From an uncultured bacterium (GTDB lineage: Bacteria; Bacillota_I; Bacilli_A; RFN20; CAG-826): DNA of 64,000 nucleotides. Shown in pieces: positions 1 through 11,008 of this stretch. The notes under the pieces are model-generated. The model had not been told where the DNA came from. It saw nothing but the letters and a program-made list of their open reading frames with translations, and ran no database searches. The first letter of the stretch is position 1, and each line of letters begins with the position of its first letter. The DNA lies in assembly GCA_949284685.1 (NCBI GenBank), contig CASDWE010000001.1, positions 17,216 through 81,215 on the forward strand, read 5' to 3'. A program made the translations under genes and the position numbers.

Positions 1-1143
1 ATCTTTTGGCATGCACCAACCATCAAACCATATATTAGCACCTGTTTTAGGAACAGAATAGCAAAGTCCAACCTCTGGTTCAATACCATGTTCATCATTA
101 TATTCGTCCGCTAAATCCATAGAGTAGACCGAATCTCCAGACCACGCCAAATTAACTCCAATAGTGCCGGTTACAATATCTTGTTTTCCTGAATCTACTT
201 CTAAACCAAAAATATTATTTTTTAATTCGATTAATTTCTCCTTAACTTTATCAATAGTGGTTTGATCACATCTATTTAAAACTTCAGTTATTTGTTTATT
301 ATATTCTTCGGCACTAATTAGATTTTTGTTGTAATCATCCAAAAGAGCTAATAATTCTTGTTTATAAGTTTCCGCTAATCCAACAAAATATGTATCACGC
401 ATAGAGTCTTTAATTGAAATACCACCATGATATTTTTCTGACCACAAGCTTGAATAATCAGCCATATCATTTATCATTTCATAAGGGTTAATATGCGAAT
501 ACAAATCATATTCTGGATTAAAAATAACCCCTAGAGTTCCCCACATATATCCAATAGCATATTCACCAAGATATTCTGTTTCGCCTGTTACATCATTAAT
601 AGCAGAAATGTTAGCTAGGGCTTCCACCATATAATTAGAACCATAATGCGTATAATTATTATTAAAATTATATTCAGGGACGCTTTCTAAAGCATCCATC
701 AACGGTTTAATTTTCACTAAAGAATTTTCACGCATTAATCTTTGAATACCATAATCACTAGGACAAATTAAATCATATGAGGCTTTGCCAGTTGCTAATT
801 CATTTAGCATTGTTTCGTTTGTATCTGTAGTTGAATAAACTACATTGACATTTGCAAATTGTGGGTAATTTTCTTTAACATAATTTTCAAATTGAGTAAT
901 TAAATCTGGTTCTTCATAGCCATTTTCAGGATCATATTGGTAAATATAATCTTCCCAATTTAATAAACGAAGAGTTTGACTACCCTCTGGATTTTTAAAA
1001 CCATCTATAAAATCTTTTAAATCTGCGTCGACATCATTTTCAGCATTTGCCTTAACAAATTGAGTGCTTCCAAAAATAACTGGATTTATAATAAAACCAA
1101 GCGAAATTGCAAGAAATGATGGTAAAACAAATATTTTTTTCAT
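1..1143 (-). CDS. potD: Spermidine/putrescine ABC transporter substrate-binding protein. The C-terminus is cut by the window edge.
   Basis: Hand translation of the minus strand from ATG at 1143 gives MKKIFVLPSFLAISLGF (signal peptide) and then a PotD-family periplasmic binding protein sequence, open to position 1. The ATG overlaps the potC stop (ATGA). This ORF is absent from the supplied track because it is truncated. Confidence 0.8.
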   Translation of the reverse strand, partial: MKKIFVLPSFLAISLGFIINPVIFGSTQFVKANAENDVDADLKDFIDGFKNPEGSQTLRLLNWEDYIYQYDPENGYEEPDLITQFENYVKENYPQFANVNVVYSTTDTNETMLNELATGKASYDLICPSDYGIQRLMRENSLVKIKPLMDALESVPEYNFNNNYTHYGSNYMVEALANISAINDVTGETEYLGEYAIGYMWGTLGVIFNPEYDLYSHINPYEMINDMADYSSLWSEKYHGGISIKDSMRDTYFVGLAETYKQELLALLDDYNKNLISAEEYNKQITEVLNRCDQTTIDKVKEKLIELKNNIFGLEVDSGKQDIVTGTIGVNLAWSGDSVYSMDLADEYNDEHGIEPEVGLCYSVPKTGANIWFDGWCMPKD

Positions 1144-1994
1144 AATTTAGACATCCTTTCTTGAGCGTGGGTCTTTTTATGCTTTCCTTGATAATAACGA
1201 TATAAAGAAACACAAACAACAGCTACCACTACCGCTAAAAATATAATTGTAGTTAATGCTCTCATTTCAGCAGGGACTGGACGTTTTTTAATAGTTGCTT
1301 GAATTAATGTGGAAAGAGTTTCAATATTAGCTTCCCCATTTAACAAACCAGTACCACGAGTAAAAGCAGTAATAATAAAATCGTCTAAAGATAAAGTTAT
1401 AGCTAATAAGAATCCACTTAAAATTCCAGGTAAAATTTCTGGAATTAAAACTTTTCTAATAGCTGTTTTTGGCGTTGCTCCTAAATCAAGAGCAGCCTCG
1501 TATAAACTTGGATCCATTTGTTGAAGTTTTGGCTTTACTGAAATATAAACAAAAGGCAAAGATAAAACAACGTGTCCAATTAATAATGTCCAAAAACTAA
1601 ATAGTTGAGTATGGAAAATATATTGCCCTAAAAATACAAATAAAATTGTTAAAGAAAGCGCCATAACAATTTCAGCATTAACAATTGGTATTTGTGTTAC
1701 TAAATCAACACTTTTTCTAAACCCTTTTTTAAGATAAAAAGCTCCAATTGCACCGCTTGTACCAAGCAAAGTTGAAACAAGAGCACTAGTAATTGCTATA
1801 ATTATCGTATTTCCTAAAGCAATCATGATTTCTTTATTTTGAAATAATGCAGGATACAAATCAAAAGTAAATCCATTCCATTGACCAACGTAAACAGCAT
1901 CAGTGAATGAAAAAGCCATCAAAATTAAAATAGGTAAATACATAATAATTAAGATTAGCCAAATATAAATTTGTCCAAATATCTTTTTTACCAT
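1140..1994 (-). CDS. potC: Spermidine/putrescine ABC transporter permease
   Basis: 284-aa polytopic membrane protein with a PotC-like BPD_transp_1 fold. It sits in the potABCD order, and its stop TGA overlaps the potD start. Confidence 0.85.
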   Translation of the reverse strand: MVKKIFGQIYIWLILIIMYLPILILMAFSFTDAVYVGQWNGFTFDLYPALFQNKEIMIALGNTIIIAITSALVSTLLGTSGAIGAFYLKKGFRKSVDLVTQIPIVNAEIVMALSLTILFVFLGQYIFHTQLFSFWTLLIGHVVLSLPFVYISVKPKLQQMDPSLYEAALDLGATPKTAIRKVLIPEILPGILSGFLLAITLSLDDFIITAFTRGTGLLNGEANIETLSTLIQATIKKRPVPAEMRALTTIIFLAVVVAVVCVSLYRYYQGKHKKTHAQERMSKL

Positions 1995-2830
1995 GTTGCA
2001 CCTCCTTTTGAGTCTTGATTTTCTTTATTACGCGTAAACAACATTGAGATTCCTACTATCACGAGCATAATTAACGCCATAAACGAACCGTCATTCCAAG
2101 CAGTATTAGAAAAATCTAGATAAATATAATTGCCTAATAAAGTGATTTTTCCCTCACTTAAAGTGTCGCTGATTACATAACTTGACATAGTTGGCATAAA
2201 TGTCATTGTAATAGCAGAAACAATTCCTGGCACAGATTGTGGCAAAATATTTTTTATAAAAACTTGGAAAGGATTTGCACCCAAATCAGATGCAGCTTCA
2301 ATTTGACTACGATCCAATTTAAGCATGGTCGTATATAGCGGTAATATAACAAATGGTAAATAGTTATAAGTCATGCCGATAAGAGTAGCTAAATAAGGAT
2401 AATTACCTCCATTGATATTCATCCATGTTAATAAGTCTCTAGTTGCACCAGTTCTTAAGACGAAATTTATCCACATCGGTGCAATAAATAAAGTTACCAA
2501 AACAGCGTTTTTATTGACCTTTTTATCAGCTAAAAAATACGCTAGTGGATAGCCAATAAGCAAACAAATCAGTGTAGTTTGCAACGCAATAAAAATCGAT
2601 ATGAATAAAACATTGATTTTAGTCCAAGTGGTAAAAAAACCGACTAATGCATCAAAAGAAAAAGCACCAGTAGCGTCGCTAAAAGCATAATAAACTATTA
2701 AAAGGATTGGTATAATGATAAAAAGAATAAGAAAAATGGAATATGGAATACATAAATATTTTCTTTGAAATAAAACAATGTGAGGTTTTTTATTTGCTAC
2801 CCTTTGTATAGCAACACTATTCGACTTCAT
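1988..2830 (-). CDS. potB: Spermidine/putrescine ABC transporter permease
   Basis: 280-aa polytopic permease. It overlaps potC by 7 nt and potA by 14 nt, which indicates translational coupling. Confidence 0.85.
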   Translation of the reverse strand: MKSNSVAIQRVANKKPHIVLFQRKYLCIPYSIFLILFIIIPILLIVYYAFSDATGAFSFDALVGFFTTWTKINVLFISIFIALQTTLICLLIGYPLAYFLADKKVNKNAVLVTLFIAPMWINFVLRTGATRDLLTWMNINGGNYPYLATLIGMTYNYLPFVILPLYTTMLKLDRSQIEAASDLGANPFQVFIKNILPQSVPGIVSAITMTFMPTMSSYVISDTLSEGKITLLGNYIYLDFSNTAWNDGSFMALIMLVIVGISMLFTRNKENQDSKGGATW

Positions 2831-4376
2831 ATTTTGTAATGCTTCCTTTAAGAGTTAATTTAATGTTCTTTGGCAAAACATTTATTGAAACGATATCATT
2901 TTCGTTAAAGGCATACTCGCTATCGCAAACGAAATCTTCTTCTTCCTTTGTTCTGATTAGATATTGATAATGGTCACCTTTATAAACAATAGAAATAATT
3001 TCGCCAATATTTTCATCTTCATTTGGGTTATGATCTAAAATTTCAATATCAGATAATCCAATCTCTACAAAAACATCAGCGTCTTTTAAATCATATTTTT
3101 TATTATCTGGTCCTATTAGATATCCATTTTCATCAAGATGTGAATCGCTTAATAATTGAGTCAATTCGCAATCAAATGTGCAATCTGAGATAATAAGTTT
3201 ATTGTTTTTATCAATATAGGCATCCGTAAATACGTTTGTCGTTAATTCTTTTTTCATAATATGAATCTCATTTGGTCCAATATTGATTAAAACAACATCA
3301 CCGACATTGAATTCTTTTGTATCTTGAACAACAATTTCATTTTTGCCTTTTAAAACAACGTATTCAAAGTGGATTCCCTTAAAAACTTTAGAATCAACAA
3401 TACCAATAAGTTTTTCTTTGTATTTTTCTTTAATTTCAGCAGTAATATTGCCATCTTTTCCAATTCTTTTAAGTTCAACATCTTCAGGACGAATAACGAC
3501 ATCAACTTTTTCATTAACTGGAAAATCATCTAGACAATTAAAATTGGCACCTAGAAATCTAACGACTTTCTTTTTCATCATTGTAGCGTTATAAATATTG
3601 CTTTCGCCAATAAAATTAGCAACATAAGCATTATTTGGTTCGTTATAAATATCTTTAGGAGTGCCAACTTGTTGAATTTGTCCAGCTTTCATAACTACAA
3701 TAGTATCTGACATTGTAAGAGCTTCTTCTTGGTCGTGAGTAACATAGATGAAAGTTATACCAAGTTTATCATGCATAGCTTTCAATTCTAACTGCATTTC
3801 TTTTCTCATTTTTAAATCAAGAGCACCAAGAGGTTCATCTAACAACAAAATCTCAGGTTCATTAACAATAGCTCGAGCAATAGCGACACGTTGTTGTTGG
3901 CCACCACTTAAAGTTGAAATATCACGATCCTCTAATTCTTCTAGGTCAACAATCTTTAAAGCACGAGCAACTTTTTCATCAATAACTTTGCTTGATAAAT
4001 GTTTAAGTTTAGTTTTTGTAACACCTTTTTTTGTTGTATATGTAACAGGAACTTTCTTAAGTTTTAATCCAAAAGCAACATTATCATAAACATCCAAATG
4101 AGGAAATAACGCATAACGTTGGAAAACAGTATTAACCGGTCTTTTATAAGGTGGTAACTTCGTTATATCATTTCCATTTAGAAGTATACTGCCTTCGCTT
4201 GGAGTTTCAAATCCAGCAATCATACGGAGAGTAGTCGTTTTTCCACATCCAGAAGGACCTAGAAAAGTAACAAATTCACCTTTTGTAATATCGAGATTAA
4301 AATCATCGACAACAGTCACACCATCATAAACTTTGCTAACGTGTGATAGACTAATAATTTTATTATTCTCTTCCAT
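2817..4376 (-). CDS. potA: Spermidine/putrescine ABC transporter ATP-binding protein. It is a long, Mollicutes-style form with an insertion and a C-terminal TOBE-like region.
   Basis: Walker [10 protein letters not shown], signature [14 protein letters not shown] and Walker [13 protein letters not shown] are present. The protein is 519 aa, against about 370 aa for typical PotA, because of an insert between the Q-loop and the signature plus a C-terminal extension. Confidence 0.85.
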   Translation of the reverse strand: MEENNKIISLSHVSKVYDGVTVVDDFNLDITKGEFVTFLGPSGCGKTTTLRMIAGFETPSEGSILLNGNDITKLPPYKRPVNTVFQRYALFPHLDVYDNVAFGLKLKKVPVTYTTKKGVTKTKLKHLSSKVIDEKVARALKIVDLEELEDRDISTLSGGQQQRVAIARAIVNEPEILLLDEPLGALDLKMRKEMQLELKAMHDKLGITFIYVTHDQEEALTMSDTIVVMKAGQIQQVGTPKDIYNEPNNAYVANFIGESNIYNATMMKKKVVRFLGANFNCLDDFPVNEKVDVVIRPEDVELKRIGKDGNITAEIKEKYKEKLIGIVDSKVFKGIHFEYVVLKGKNEIVVQDTKEFNVGDVVLINIGPNEIHIMKKELTTNVFTDAYIDKNNKLIISDCTFDCELTQLLSDSHLDENGYLIGPDNKKYDLKDADVFVEIGLSDIEILDHNPNEDENIGEIISIVYKGDHYQYLIRTKEEEDFVCDSEYAFNENDIVSINVLPKNIKLTLKGSITKYEVE

Positions 4377-4632
4377 AAAAAATCTCCTTTACAAAGATAA
4401 AAAACCAGTTAGATTTTTTTATTAACTAACGAAAGAAATAATATAAATAATTTTCAAAAAAAACAAACATTTTTTTTAAAAAAGAAAATATAAATAGAAA
4501 AAAATAGATTTGAAAATGAAATTTATTAGTTTCAATCTAGCTTTTTTCCATAATTAAATTTTTCAAAAAAATTGTAAAAATAGTAACAAATTTTAATGGT
4601 TTTTATTGTATGTGTTTTTAAAAAAAATTATA

Positions 4633-5709
4633 ATGAGAAACATGAGAAAAAAATGTTTGTTTTTATTGCCAATACTTTGTGCAAGTTTGCTTGCTACATC
4701 ATGCAACAAAAGTGATGACAAAATTTCATTAACTTTTGGAACTTATATCGAAAATGCAATCAAGATAACATACGATCAGTTATCACCAAAAATGGCGGAT
4801 AATGAAAATATGATTGTTGTTGTTTATCCAGGTGATAATTCCACATGCGGTTGTTGGACAACATTTGAAGATGTTATCGATAATGTTGTTAACACTTATC
4901 ATTATCAAATATATAAAATATCTTATTCTCAGTTCATGTCTTATGGAAATCCGTGGAACTTCCCTATTTTTAATGACCGACCAAGTTTATGCTTTGTCGA
5001 AGAAGGTAAAATTAAAGAACGTATTGATTATGACACTAGCAATGTGCATCCGCTTTTTAAAAGCCGCGATGAATTATTAAAAGTAATTGAAGAATATTGC
5101 AATAAACCAAACTATTATTACATCGATGAACAATATTTAGATACAATTAAAAATGATGAAACCTTTCTTATAGGATATACATGGTCGAGCTGTCCTGATT
5201 GTTCATATTCTTTTCCAAATGTCTTATATCCATTCTCAAATGAAAATAATTTTAAAACCAAGATGTATATAATAGATTTAGAAGTTGAAGGCTTGCTTTT
5301 AGAAAACGGAATTAAAAATTCTGATAATGAAAGTTACAGAAAGTTTGTTAATGAACATTTTTTAAGCAATGTTGAAAACACAATTTTTGGTTACGATCGT
5401 GGTTTTGTTCCAACTTACCAATATTGGGAAAATGGGCAAATAAAAGATATGTGCGTATATTTTAATGATGAAGTAAGTAAAGTCAATGATAAATATCAAA
5501 TAACTAGAACATATTACACAAATGAAAGAATAAATAATTTACCATTTTTTGCTAATTTAGAAAACAAAAACGAATATGTTCTTGAAAATAAGGTTTTAAA
5601 TGAAAACGAACTAAATATTTATGAAAATTCATATTCTTGGAAACAAGAATACGCAAGTAAATATCACAATAAAATTTTAGAAACTTTTTTACAAACCTAC
5701 GCACTTTAA
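4633..5709 (+). CDS. Putative lipoprotein with two thioredoxin-like CxxC motifs; function unknown
   Basis: The likely start is ATG 4633 (MRNMRKKCLFLLPILCASLLATSC, lipobox LATSC). The track start at 4606 is a non-ATG codon. Two separated motifs, CGCW and CPDC, suggest tandem thioredoxin-fold modules. Confidence 0.45.
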   Translation: MRNMRKKCLFLLPILCASLLATSCNKSDDKISLTFGTYIENAIKITYDQLSPKMADNENMIVVVYPGDNSTCGCWTTFEDVIDNVVNTYHYQIYKISYSQFMSYGNPWNFPIFNDRPSLCFVEEGKIKERIDYDTSNVHPLFKSRDELLKVIEEYCNKPNYYYIDEQYLDTIKNDETFLIGYTWSSCPDCSYSFPNVLYPFSNENNFKTKMYIIDLEVEGLLLENGIKNSDNESYRKFVNEHFLSNVENTIFGYDRGFVPTYQYWENGQIKDMCVYFNDEVSKVNDKYQITRTYYTNERINNLPFFANLENKNEYVLENKVLNENELNIYENSYSWKQEYASKYHNKILETFLQTYAL

Positions 5710-6986
5710 TTAACTGATTTTAAATAATTTGTTATTTCTTGACATTTTTTATAAAGTTTTTCGATGTCATCGTCAACAAAATATTTACCATCCATATATA
5801 AAATTTTGCCATTAATCATTGTCATTTTAATATTTGATTTTGATCCGCTGTAGACAAGATTTTTTGCAATATTGTTAATAGGTTGCATATTTGGTTGTTT
5901 TAAATCTATCATGATTATATCAGCATATTTTCCTTCTTTTAAAACATCACAGTTGTCTAAACCCATGATTTTAGCACTTCCAATAGTAGCCATTTTTAAA
6001 ATATCAAAAGCATCACCTTTAGTCGGATCTTTATACAAAAGTTTTTGCAAGACGCTTGCCAAATGCATTTCATAAAACATATCAAGACAATTATTAGACC
6101 CGGCACCATCAGTTCCTAATCCAAGCAACATATTTTCATCTTTATATTTGCTTAATGGTGCAATTCCTGATGCTAATTTAGAATTACTGCCAGGACAACT
6201 AACAACACCAATATTGTGTTTTTTTAAAATTTCAATATCGTTATCGGATAAAACAACGCCGTGGAATATTCCTCCACCATTATCTAATAACCCTAAAGAT
6301 TCCATATATTCAACAGGCGTTAGACCATTATGTCGCTTTTTACATTCTTCGACTTCTTTATAAGTTTCCGAAGAGTGCGTAAAAATTTTTGCATGTAGTT
6401 TTTTACAAGCACACGCTAATTCTTTTAACATTTCATCACTTGCAGTGTATTCAGCGTGAAACCCCATCTCATATTTAACAAGATCATTGTTTTGGCTATT
6501 AATATAGTTATATGCCTCCACCATTTCTTTCACTGATTCTCTAAAATCTGATATGGTCCCTAACAAAACCGTTCTAAAGCCATATTCAAGAGAAGCCTTC
6601 ATCATTTCAAGCGGATTATAATACATATCAAAACATGCCGTAATCCCGCTTGATAAATATTCTAAAATTGATATTTTACTCAAATAATATTGGTCCTCAG
6701 CGGAAAGTTTATCTTCCATAGGAAATATGCAATCATTGAGCCACTTATCCAAAGGCAAATCATCGCTACAAGAACGTGCAAATGACATCGCACTATGCGT
6801 ATGAGCATTTTTAAATCCCGGCATTAATAAATTGCCATCACAATCAATAACTTGATTAACATTTTTAACAATAATTTCTTTTCCTATTTTTTCTATAATA
6901 TTGTCGTTTATGAGTATATCACCATCAAAAATATTATCGTCATCATTCATTGTCAAAATTCGAGCATTTTTTAACAAAATTTTCAT
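5706..6986 (-). CDS. Metal-dependent amidohydrolase of the MtaD/SsnA-like aminohydrolase family, possibly a 5'-methylthioadenosine/SAH deaminase
   Basis: 426 aa with an N-terminal HxH-type motif (NAHTHS) and an overall amidohydrolase_1 layout. Its stop overlaps the upstream lipoprotein gene end. Confidence 0.6.
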   Translation of the reverse strand: MKILLKNARILTMNDDDNIFDGDILINDNIIEKIGKEIIVKNVNQVIDCDGNLLMPGFKNAHTHSAMSFARSCSDDLPLDKWLNDCIFPMEDKLSAEDQYYLSKISILEYLSSGITACFDMYYNPLEMMKASLEYGFRTVLLGTISDFRESVKEMVEAYNYINSQNNDLVKYEMGFHAEYTASDEMLKELACACKKLHAKIFTHSSETYKEVEECKKRHNGLTPVEYMESLGLLDNGGGIFHGVVLSDNDIEILKKHNIGVVSCPGSNSKLASGIAPLSKYKDENMLLGLGTDGAGSNNCLDMFYEMHLASVLQKLLYKDPTKGDAFDILKMATIGSAKIMGLDNCDVLKEGKYADIIMIDLKQPNMQPINNIAKNLVYSGSKSNIKMTMINGKILYMDGKYFVDDDIEKLYKKCQEITNYLKSVN

Positions 6987-6988
6987 AG

Positions 6989-7663
6989 CTAATTCTCCTT
7001 TAGATTGTCACAATCTAGAATAAGTATTTTGGATTTATTTGGTTCTACATACTGTTGAATATCAATCATTCTGTCTTTAATAAATGTTATTTCATTTTTA
7101 GCAATGTTAATAAATTTAAAGATTTGGTTATTGTCAAAATAACCTGTATTATTGTAATAATAATGCATTGGTATTAATATACGGGGATTAATTTTCTTAA
7201 AAATATCATAGGCTTGTTTATAATTGATAGTAAAAAATCCATTAATTGGTATTAAAACTAAATCGGCATCTTTTAATTGTTCTACCATTTCGTTAGTCAA
7301 TTCACATCCAATATCCCCAAAATGAACTATTTTATAATTAGACATATAAACAATATGTATTTTGTTCATGCCACGTAATTTTCCACCAGCATTATCATGT
7401 GGAATGTTAATTATTTGAACATCTAAATCTTCGACTTTATTTAATAATTGAATAACACCTTCACGATTGTTATGATCATCATGCTCGTGGCTTATAAATA
7501 AGTAATTAGTGTTTACTCCGTTTGGAAAAGTTAAATTGTCAACACTTCCATTTTTATATGGATCAAAACAAACTTTACAATGATCATCATCTAATAAAAA
7601 ACAAGCATGTCCAATCCATTTTAAAAAGAGATGATTATTCATCGATTCTGCCCCCATTATCAA
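6989..7663 (-). CDS. MBL-fold metallo-hydrolase
   Basis: 224 aa with an HxHxDH-type motif (SHEHDDHNN) typical of metallo-beta-lactamase-fold hydrolases. Confidence 0.6.
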   Translation of the reverse strand: MIMGAESMNNHLFLKWIGHACFLLDDDHCKVCFDPYKNGSVDNLTFPNGVNTNYLFISHEHDDHNNREGVIQLLNKVEDLDVQIINIPHDNAGGKLRGMNKIHIVYMSNYKIVHFGDIGCELTNEMVEQLKDADLVLIPINGFFTINYKQAYDIFKKINPRILIPMHYYYNNTGYFDNNQIFKFINIAKNEITFIKDRMIDIQQYVEPNKSKILILDCDNLKEN

Positions 7664-8681
7664 AATTATTTTTTAAAAATAGTTTTTTGAAAAATTGAAA
7701 AACTTTGTATATAAAAAAGGAAAAAATAGGTGATATAAAAGATATAGTAAAAACAACTAACGAATAAATATAATCAGCAAACTCAAATTGCTTAAAATCA
7801 ATAAAGATATCAAAAGAATGCAAAATAAAATCAATCAAATAGCCAATACTAAAACCGACTAAAAAACAACAAATATCAATTAAAACAATGTAAATTTCGT
7901 GTTTTTTTAAAAAATCATGTTTTTTTAAAAAAGCAAAATTTGAATATAAAATATAGAAATTTAAAAATAAAAACAATAAGGAAATGATTAATAAAAAAGA
8001 GCCAATTAAAGCGTTATCATTTCGAATAAAATGAATACATGGAAAACTACACACACCAAGAAAAATCGAAAATAATACATAAAAAATAAAGTTAGAATAT
8101 ATATTTTTGATTATAAATTTAAAAGTCATTCCATTTTTTAAATTAGTATTTTTGATATTTTTTTCATCGACAATTTCAGATTCTTTTTTTGCAAATGTTT
8201 TATCTAAAACAACAACATTCAAACTCGAATTGCAATGACTAATTATTTGCTCAAAAAAATCAAAATTATTTCCATAATTTAAATCTATTGTTATATAAAG
8301 AACGTTGTTTTGCACTAATAAATTAATAATATCATGGAATTTTTCATTTAAAACTTTATCGATTTTTTTTATTTTTAACAAATTTTTTTTAAGTTTAGTT
8401 ATTTTGTTGTTATTTAATTTTAATTCCAAATCAAAAAAAGCATCTAAACTAACACCATTAAAATTGATTTTTAAATCGTAAAGACAATTTTCCTTATCTG
8501 CATAAATATTCAATGACTTATCGTCAATTAAAATTTGTCCATCGACTATCCCATTATTTTTAAAATTTAAAATATTAAAGAAAATTTTGTCTTCCTTTTT
8601 AATATTAATGACATTAGATTCAAATTTTTTATTGAATACATTATCAATGCCTGCTAGTTTTAAATTTTTGATTTCAATCAT
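7635..8681 (-). CDS. Hypothetical membrane protein with an N-terminal soluble domain and a C-terminal polytopic domain
   Basis: 348 aa. The N-terminal ~190 aa are hydrophilic with weak resemblance to an ABC-ATPase N-terminus but no Walker A. The C-terminal half has about 4 hydrophobic helices. Confidence 0.4.
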   Translation of the reverse strand: MIEIKNLKLAGIDNVFNKKFESNVINIKKEDKIFFNILNFKNNGIVDGQILIDDKSLNIYADKENCLYDLKINFNGVSLDAFFDLELKLNNNKITKLKKNLLKIKKIDKVLNEKFHDIINLLVQNNVLYITIDLNYGNNFDFFEQIISHCNSSLNVVVLDKTFAKKESEIVDEKNIKNTNLKNGMTFKFIIKNIYSNFIFYVLFSIFLGVCSFPCIHFIRNDNALIGSFLLIISLLFLFLNFYILYSNFAFLKKHDFLKKHEIYIVLIDICCFLVGFSIGYLIDFILHSFDIFIDFKQFEFADYIYSLVVFTISFISPIFSFFIYKVFQFFKKLFLKNNFDNGGRIDE

Positions 8682-8713
8682 ACTTTGATTATATCAAATT
8701 ATGAACAATAAAT

Positions 8714-11008
8714 TTACTTTTTAAAATAATTTTTAATACCTGTTAAATATTTTCCATTCAATATATCCACTATTAAATGGCCTAAACGCATATCAAATGT
8801 TTTACTATTAGCGTAGTTTATCACGCCTCTTAATGGTGTATTCATCATTTGATTAAACATCATTTCCTTATTTGGATCATCATCTTTAAATCTTTTATTG
8901 AACTCCTTGGCGAATATTTTATTTATAAACCTTCCCATTCGGGTTGATTTGAAATCATTTAATGATGAATTCATATCAAAATTTGGTTTCTTGGAATTAT
9001 CAAAAGAAATTTCTGAATCAATTTGTAAATCAATATTGTATTTGTACTTTGTAGAACCTTCTTTAATCTCGTAATCAAAATAATAATAAATATTGTTAAT
9101 TGATTCACCAAGATAAATTTTATATTTCCCTTTCTTTACACTATAAAATTTAATTTCATCATCATAAGAAGAAAACATCTCGTCGTTTAACATGATTTTT
9201 ACATCTATGCTTTTGTTTGCACCAACAAAAATTTTCTTAAAATATTTTAATTGTTTAAAACTGTTTACATCATCTTTTATGTATAGTTGCACTAACGTTT
9301 TTCCGTTAATCTTAGACAAATTTTTAATTTTAAAAGACACCTGATTTCCATCGCATTTAAAATTTGAATAATTAAATTTACTATATGTCAATCCATGGCC
9401 AAAACAAAATCTAACATCTTTATTAAAACCATCATAATAGCGGTATCCAACATACAAGCCTTCTTTGTAAGGAATATTTTTATTTTTAGATGGAAAATCA
9501 TTTCCTAAATATGTTGATGCTGTATCAAGTGGCCAAGTTTCTGAAAGGTGTCCACTTGGGTTGACATCACCATAAAGAATATCCACTAACGCACTAGAAC
9601 CTTTACATCCGCATAAGTATGGTAAGACAATAGCGTTGACTTTATCATAAAATGGTAATTCAACAGGAGAACCTGCTAATATGACACAAACAATATTTTT
9701 ATTAAATTCATATAATTTATCAATTAAATCTGGCATGAAGGAAGGAAGGCTCATAGAAATTTTATCTTCTCCTTCTGTTTCTAAATCATCAAACAAACCA
9801 AGAAAAACCACAATCTTGTTAGTGTTTTTAGCAACTTCAATAGCTTGTCTAATTAAATTTTCGTTCGTGGATTGAGAACTAATATCATATCCATCCGCAT
9901 ATTCATATGGGTATTTATTATTATCCATAACATTTAAAATTTGCTCTAAATAAATAGGATTAATTTTGCTTGAACCGCCACCTTGAACATGAATATTTTT
10001 TGCAAATTGCCCTATTATTCCAATTTTTTCATTTTTATTTAAAGGTAAAATTTCTTTTTCATTTTTTGCTAAAACAATAGACTCACTAGCAATTTTATAA
10101 GCATTATTGATGTTTTCTTGCAAATTGTATTGGAACTTGCTTTTATCAATACTTTGATGTTTAATTATAAAATCAAAAGTTGGCTGTATAGCTTTATCAA
10201 TTTCATAATCGGTTATGTTTTTATTTCGATATGCTTTATTTATGGCATCTAAAACATATTTGTTGTTTCCTGGCATAACTAAATTTAAACCATTTTTAAA
10301 TGAATCGACAGGATCATTTAAGGCACCCCAATCTGTGACCACCATCCCTTTAAAATCGAATTTATTTCTTAAAACATCCTCTAATAAAAATTTATTTTCA
10401 CCACAATAAATGCCATTAACACGATTATACGCTGACATAACCGCAGCGACGTCGCTATTTTTAATTGTTAAATAAAATGGGAATAAATATAAATCATAAA
10501 GAGTATGTAAATCCGCATCACTACTATAAACAAAGCGATTTGTTTCTTGAGAATTTAAGGCATAATGTTTTAAACAACAATCAACATTTTCACTTTTTGC
10601 TCCATTTACGTAACTATATCCTAAAACACCATTTAAGTATGGATCTTCACTAAAATATTCAAAATTTCGTCCGCCCAAAGGATGGCGTTTGATATTTAAT
10701 CCAGGACCCAATATCAAATCAACATCATTATTAAAAGCATCATTAGCGATACTTTTACCAAATAAATAAGCGATATTTTCATCAAAACTGCAACTAACTA
10801 ATGCAGCAGTCGGATATACTATGCTTTTAATTACGCTGACATTGCCATTTTCAATAATTTCTTTTCTAATTCCATGTGGCCCATCGCTCATCCAAACACT
10901 TTTAATTTTTAAACGATCAATAGGACGTGTTTGCCAAACATTTAGACCATCAAAAAGCAAAATCTTTTCTTCTGATGATAATTTTTCAAAAATATCTTTA
11001 TTTTTCAT
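8714..11008 (-). CDS. Glycoside hydrolase family 3 beta-glucosidase (BglX-like), cytoplasmic
   Basis: 764 aa with a GH3 N-terminal domain carrying the VTDWGA motif and a C-terminal GH3 domain. There is no signal peptide. Confidence 0.8.
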   Translation of the reverse strand: MKNKDIFEKLSSEEKILLFDGLNVWQTRPIDRLKIKSVWMSDGPHGIRKEIIENGNVSVIKSIVYPTAALVSCSFDENIAYLFGKSIANDAFNNDVDLILGPGLNIKRHPLGGRNFEYFSEDPYLNGVLGYSYVNGAKSENVDCCLKHYALNSQETNRFVYSSDADLHTLYDLYLFPFYLTIKNSDVAAVMSAYNRVNGIYCGENKFLLEDVLRNKFDFKGMVVTDWGALNDPVDSFKNGLNLVMPGNNKYVLDAINKAYRNKNITDYEIDKAIQPTFDFIIKHQSIDKSKFQYNLQENINNAYKIASESIVLAKNEKEILPLNKNEKIGIIGQFAKNIHVQGGGSSKINPIYLEQILNVMDNNKYPYEYADGYDISSQSTNENLIRQAIEVAKNTNKIVVFLGLFDDLETEGEDKISMSLPSFMPDLIDKLYEFNKNIVCVILAGSPVELPFYDKVNAIVLPYLCGCKGSSALVDILYGDVNPSGHLSETWPLDTASTYLGNDFPSKNKNIPYKEGLYVGYRYYDGFNKDVRFCFGHGLTYSKFNYSNFKCDGNQVSFKIKNLSKINGKTLVQLYIKDDVNSFKQLKYFKKIFVGANKSIDVKIMLNDEMFSSYDDEIKFYSVKKGKYKIYLGESINNIYYYFDYEIKEGSTKYKYNIDLQIDSEISFDNSKKPNFDMNSSLNDFKSTRMGRFINKIFAKEFNKRFKDDDPNKEMMFNQMMNTPLRGVINYANSKTFDMRLGHLIVDILNGKYLTGIKNYFKK

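Noticed and set aside
1309-1524. Short plus-strand ORF inside potC, and similar antisense or embedded ORFs (3343..3594, 3748..4089, 4814..5080, 5872..6075, 6148..6363, 9681..9875, 10215..10653, 12120..12305, 13596..13781, 14366..15097, 20687..21217, 21737..21961, 26026..26217, 26817..27029, 28879..29121, 30338..30538, 32994..33197, 33433..33624, 35627..35833, 37552..37911, 38014..38247, 40604..40819, 41727..42014, 45798..46106, 49069..49309, 50039..53137 set, 60715..60996, 62191..62520, 62659..62841)
   Set aside because: All lie inside or antisense to longer, well-supported genes. They have low-complexity or AT-codon-driven sequences and no RBS or start context, so they are chance ORFs in AT-rich DNA.
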